DNA from: Candidatus Krumholzibacteriia bacterium
Lineage (GTDB): Bacteria > Krumholzibacteriota > Krumholzibacteriia > LZORAL124-64-63
Assembly (NCBI GenBank): GCA_942492615.1
Contig: CALOFL010000004.1
Location: 4,847-68,846, forward strand
Length of the DNA: 64,000 bases
Direction: 5' to 3'
Shown here: positions 60,661 to 64,000 of the stretch, in pieces
Position numbering within the stretch: the stretch's first letter is position 1
How the letters are laid out: the number at the start of each line of letters is the position of its first letter
Translations under genes and position numbers: made by a program
Notes under the pieces: generated by a model
Database searches by the model: none
The model's input: only the letters and a program-made list of their open reading frames with translations
What the model was told of the DNA's origin: nothing

Positions 60661-62406
60661 ATGAATCGTTCCCTGCAGATCAGGGCGGGGCTGACCGTCG
60701 TCATCCTCCTGCTGTCGATCTACGGCTTGCTGCCGACCTTCAAGGCCCTGTCCATCCCGGCCGCCGAACGCGAAGCGGCCCAGGACAACCCCGAAAGGCT
60801 GGCCGAGATCGCCGAGATCGACGCCAAGGCCATTCGCCGTGGCCTTGACCTCAAGGGGGGCATGTACCTGGTCCTCGAGGTCGACCAGGAAGGCATGAAT
60901 GCCAGCGAGGCCGAAGACGCGCTGTTGCGGGTCAAGGAGATCCTCTACAACCGCATCGACAAGTTCGGTGTTTCCGAGCCCGAGATCACGACGTTCGGTT
61001 CGAGCCGGATCGTGGTGAAGCTGCCGGGTCTCCAGGATCCCGAGCGCGCCAAGACCCTGCTGGGCAAAACAGCCAAGCTCGAGTTCCGCATGGTCCGACC
61101 GCAGGACGAGATCCCCGGGGTCCTCGAGAAGGTCGATGAACTGTTCGTGAGCGATTCGCCGGCCGCGGCCGCTGACGCCGCTGCGGTCGACGATCTGCCG
61201 GCAGTCGAGACCGCCACGCCGGAAGAAACCGCAACCGCCCTGGCCGACAGCGCCGCCGCCGACACCGCGGCGTCTCCCTTCGGCGACCTGGGCGACCTGC
61301 CCGGCGGGGAAGATTCCCTCGCCGCGGCCGACGAGGCCTATCTCAAGGAGCATCCCTTCACCGGGCTGCTGGTCATCCAGCAGGGCCTGCTCCCCAGCAC
61401 ACCGCTGTTCGTCCTCGACCGTGACGCCGAGCGCCTGCAGGCGCTGCTGGACGATCCGCGGATCGGCCGCAAGCTGCGCACCGTCGAGTTCCAGATGGAG
61501 ATGGATCCCATCGATTTCGGCCAAGGCCAGATGCTGCGCCCGGTCTACCTGGTGGACACCAAGCCCATCCTTTCGGGTGACCAGCTGACCGACGCCCTGT
61601 CGGCCAACAACCCCGACCGGCCGGGCTTCTGGCAGGTCAACTTCACGCTGAACGGCCGCGGCGCCCGGACGTTCGCCAAGGTGACCGGCGAGAACGTCGG
61701 CCGTTACCTGGCGATTTCGCTGGACGGCCGTATCTCCTCGGCCCCGGTGATCCAGGGCAAGATCCCCAGCGGGTCGGGCTCGATCAGCGGCAACTTCACC
61801 AACAACGAAGCCAATGATCTGGCCCTGCTGCTGCGCGCCGGCGCCCTGCCGACGGACGTCTACATCGCCGAGGAACGCACCGTCGGTCCGAGCCTGGGCA
61901 GCGACTCGATCCGCATGGGGGTCAGCGCGGCCCTCTACGGATCGATCCTGGTCATCATCTTCATGCTGCTCTACTACCGTCTGAGCGGTGTGGTGACCGT
62001 GCTGGCGCTGGTCAGCAACATCATCATCCTCATGGCGATCCTGGCGCAGTTCGACCTGGTGCTCACGCTGCCGGGCATCGCGGGCATCATCCTGACGGTC
62101 GGTATGGCGGTTGACGCCAACGTGCTGATCAACGAGCGCATCCGCGAGGAGCTGCGCAAGGAAAAGACCATCCGCGCTTCGGTCCAGTCCGGCTACGCGA
62201 ACGCGACCCGCACGATCGTGGACGCGAACGTGACCACCCTGATCGCCGGCGTCATCCTCCTGTGGTTCGGTACCGGCCCCATCAAGGGCTTCGCCGTGAC
62301 CTTGAGCATCGGTATCCTGACCAGCATGTTCACGGCGCTGGTGATGACCCGCGTGCTGATGGAGTTCTCGACGCGGAACCAGGGCAAGAAGAAGATGAGC
62401 ATCTAG
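60661..62406 (+). CDS. secD: protein translocase subunit SecD
   Basis: N-terminal TM, large periplasmic domain, C-terminal 5-TM bundle with conserved SecD motifs (LGLDLKGG, GFAVTLSIGILTSMFTA). Confidence 0.9.
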   Translation: MNRSLQIRAGLTVVILLLSIYGLLPTFKALSIPAAEREAAQDNPERLAEIAEIDAKAIRRGLDLKGGMYLVLEVDQEGMNASEAEDALLRVKEILYNRIDKFGVSEPEITTFGSSRIVVKLPGLQDPERAKTLLGKTAKLEFRMVRPQDEIPGVLEKVDELFVSDSPAAAADAAAVDDLPAVETATPEETATALADSAAADTAASPFGDLGDLPGGEDSLAAADEAYLKEHPFTGLLVIQQGLLPSTPLFVLDRDAERLQALLDDPRIGRKLRTVEFQMEMDPIDFGQGQMLRPVYLVDTKPILSGDQLTDALSANNPDRPGFWQVNFTLNGRGARTFAKVTGENVGRYLAISLDGRISSAPVIQGKIPSGSGSISGNFTNNEANDLALLLRAGALPTDVYIAEERTVGPSLGSDSIRMGVSAALYGSILVIIFMLLYYRLSGVVTVLALVSNIIILMAILAQFDLVLTLPGIAGIILTVGMAVDANVLINERIREELRKEKTIRASVQSGYANATRTIVDANVTTLIAGVILLWFGTGPIKGFAVTLSIGILTSMFTALVMTRVLMEFSTRNQGKKKMSI

Positions 62407-62491
62407 TCCGCGCGAGCGGAACACAGGTTCTTTGGCCCTGACCGCAGGGCGCACATCCGGGCCGGTTGCCCGGGAAAGGTCGGACAGGACG

Positions 62492-63418
62492 ATGGAGTTC
62501 TTCAAGAATCCCAATATCAACTTCGTCGGCGCCATGAAGGTGGCCTTTGCCATCTCGGTGGTCCTGGTGGTCGCCAGCGCCATCACGCTGATTGCGCACG
62601 GCGGACCGCGGCTGAGCATCGACTTCACCGGTGGCTCGGTCCTGCAGGTGAGGGTCGACCCGGTGCCCGAGGTCGCGGCCCTGCGGTCCACGCTCGAAGG
62701 CATGGGCTACGAAGGCGTGCAGGTGACGGAATTCGGGTCCCAGGACGAGTTCCTGATCACCTTCCCGAATCGCGACGTCTCCGTCGAGACCATGGATGCC
62801 GCCCAGATCCTTCTCAATGATCTCCGGGAAGGGCTGGACGGCTCGGACATCGAATTGCGGCGTGAGGAGAGTGTCGGGCCGAAGATCGGCGGCGAGCTGC
62901 GCACCGCGGCGATGAACTCGGTCGTCGCGGCGCTGGCCCTGATCGTGCTCTACATCACCATCCGGTTCGTCTTCCGCTACGGCATCGCGGCGATCTTCGC
63001 CCTCGTCCACGACGTGACGTTGACCCTGGGCGTGTTCTCGCTGATGAACTTCGAGATCAGCCTGCAGATCATCGCGGCGTTCCTGACGATCATCGGTTAC
63101 TCCCTGAACGACACGATCGTGGTGTTCGACCGCATCCGAGAGAACATGAAGCTACGTCGCAAGGAAAGCTACCGCCAGGTCATCAACCGCTCGATCAACG
63201 AGTGCCTGAGCCGCACGGTACTGACTTCGCTGACGACGTTCTTCGTGTCCGCGACCCTGTACGTGCTCGGCGGCCCCGTCATCCACGACTTCGCGTTCGC
63301 CCTGTGCTTCGGCGTGGTGGTCGGCACCTACAGTTCGATGTTCATTGCCAGCCCGATCCTGGTGTGGTGGTACGAACGTCGGATCGGTGACAAGAAGCGG
63401 ATGGCGTTGGATATGTAG
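62492..63418 (+). CDS. secF: protein translocase subunit SecF
   Basis: MEFFKNPNINFVGAMKVAFAISVVL… ; SecF TM bundle (IIGYSLNDTIVVFDRIREN); directly after secD. Confidence 0.85.
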   Translation: MEFFKNPNINFVGAMKVAFAISVVLVVASAITLIAHGGPRLSIDFTGGSVLQVRVDPVPEVAALRSTLEGMGYEGVQVTEFGSQDEFLITFPNRDVSVETMDAAQILLNDLREGLDGSDIELRREESVGPKIGGELRTAAMNSVVAALALIVLYITIRFVFRYGIAAIFALVHDVTLTLGVFSLMNFEISLQIIAAFLTIIGYSLNDTIVVFDRIRENMKLRRKESYRQVINRSINECLSRTVLTSLTTFFVSATLYVLGGPVIHDFAFALCFGVVVGTYSSMFIASPILVWWYERRIGDKKRMALDM

Positions 63419-63506
63419 TCCCGATTTCGGGGCCGACCGGGATGTCCTCGCCGCGAAGACGCGGCTGCGGATTACCCGGGTCGGCCACCGGAAATCGTAG
63501 CTGGAC

Positions 63507-63547
63507 GAAAGAAGCCCCCCGGACACGCTGTCCGGGGGGCTTCTTCG
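63507..63547. terminator. bidirectional intrinsic terminator between secF and a convergent cytochrome gene
   Basis: GAAAGAAGCCCCCCGGACA-GCG-TGTCCGGGGGGCTTCTT perfect 17-bp stem. Confidence 0.5.
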
Positions 63548-63585
63548 TACGGGAACAAGGGGCGGGTCCCGGCGAACCAGTGGGC

Positions 63586-64000
63586 TCACGGGGCGCTGAA
63601 ATCGAAATCGTAACGCTGACCCTTGGGGTGACACTTGCGGCACAGCGCGCCCTGCAGGGAGCCCGGATAGGGGTTGGGGATCGGGAACGACCCCGAGACG
63701 AGGCCGTCGTCATCCAGCAGGCCGATTCTCATGTCCCACCGGGTGGCCGCCGGCGCCGACGACGCGTGGGCGCGGTGGCAGCTGAGGCACATGATCCGGC
63801 TGCCGGCCGACGGACCGGCGGTCGAAGAGACGGTCATCCCCGCCTGCTCGAACGGAACGTCCTTCAGGTAGGCGGTCGCCTGGGTGCCGCCGAAGGGGTC
63901 GCCGGTCCCGTTGTAGCGGTTGTAGATGGTGATCTGGGCGCTGCTGAGGGTCTCGTCGCCCGGATGGGCGAAGCTGGCTGTGGAACTTTCGTCGTGGTAC
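63586..64000 (-). CDS. c-type cytochrome, C-terminal part (gene continues past the window end)
   Basis: two CxxCH haem-binding motifs (CLSCHRAH, CRKCHPKG) in the 63586..63837 frame; the ORF is open to the window edge. Confidence 0.45.
   Translation of the reverse strand, partial: YHDESSTASFAHPGDETLSSAQITIYNRYNGTGDPFGGTQATAYLKDVPFEQAGMTVSSTAGPSAGSRIMCLSCHRAHASSAPAATRWDMRIGLLDDDGLVSGSFPIPNPYPGSLQGALCRKCHPKGQRYDFDFSAP

Overview
This 64 kb window is a high-GC (about 65-70% by eye) bacterial chromosome segment with diderm (Gram-negative-type) features: RND efflux, SurA, an outer-membrane beta-barrel, many lipoproteins and SecDF. No rRNA, tRNA or CRISPR array was recognised.

Gene order: a low-GC island at the left edge (1 to about 2280); a TPR/SGNH-like membrane protein; the sdhC-sdhA-sdhB operon on the minus strand; a coiled-coil lipoprotein; and a long minus-strand run of a secreted esterase-like protein, two paralogous beta-propeller-like lipoproteins, a membrane fusion protein and two RND pumps. 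Next come a PhzF-family protein, a lipoprotein, ackA-pta, an Rrf2 regulator, adenosine deaminase, phosphofructokinase, a polytopic membrane protein and a PP2C phosphatase. The right half carries a Bat-like moxR-DUF58-batA set, nifU-nifS, mfd, two parvulin-type PPIases, ftsE-ftsX-envC, holB, a PSP1/RicT homolog, tatD, rsmA, an OMP with two tandem paralogous lipoproteins, a divergent polysaccharide deacetylase, a DUF362/4Fe-4S protein, secD-secF and a partial c-type cytochrome.

The most unusual region is the low-GC island. It encodes two paralogous small secreted four-cysteine proteins. Each is followed by an intrinsic terminator and then by a diverged remnant of the sdhB 3' end. This points to repeated insertion or duplication at the 3' end of sdhB.

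Second, many conserved housekeeping genes (sdhC, ackA, pta, pfk, moxR, ftsE, ftsX, envC and others) are interrupted by clustered 1-nt frameshifts. These are either assembly indel errors or gene decay.

Third, one RND pump reads through in frame into a lipoprotein-like module that has its own RBS and lipobox.
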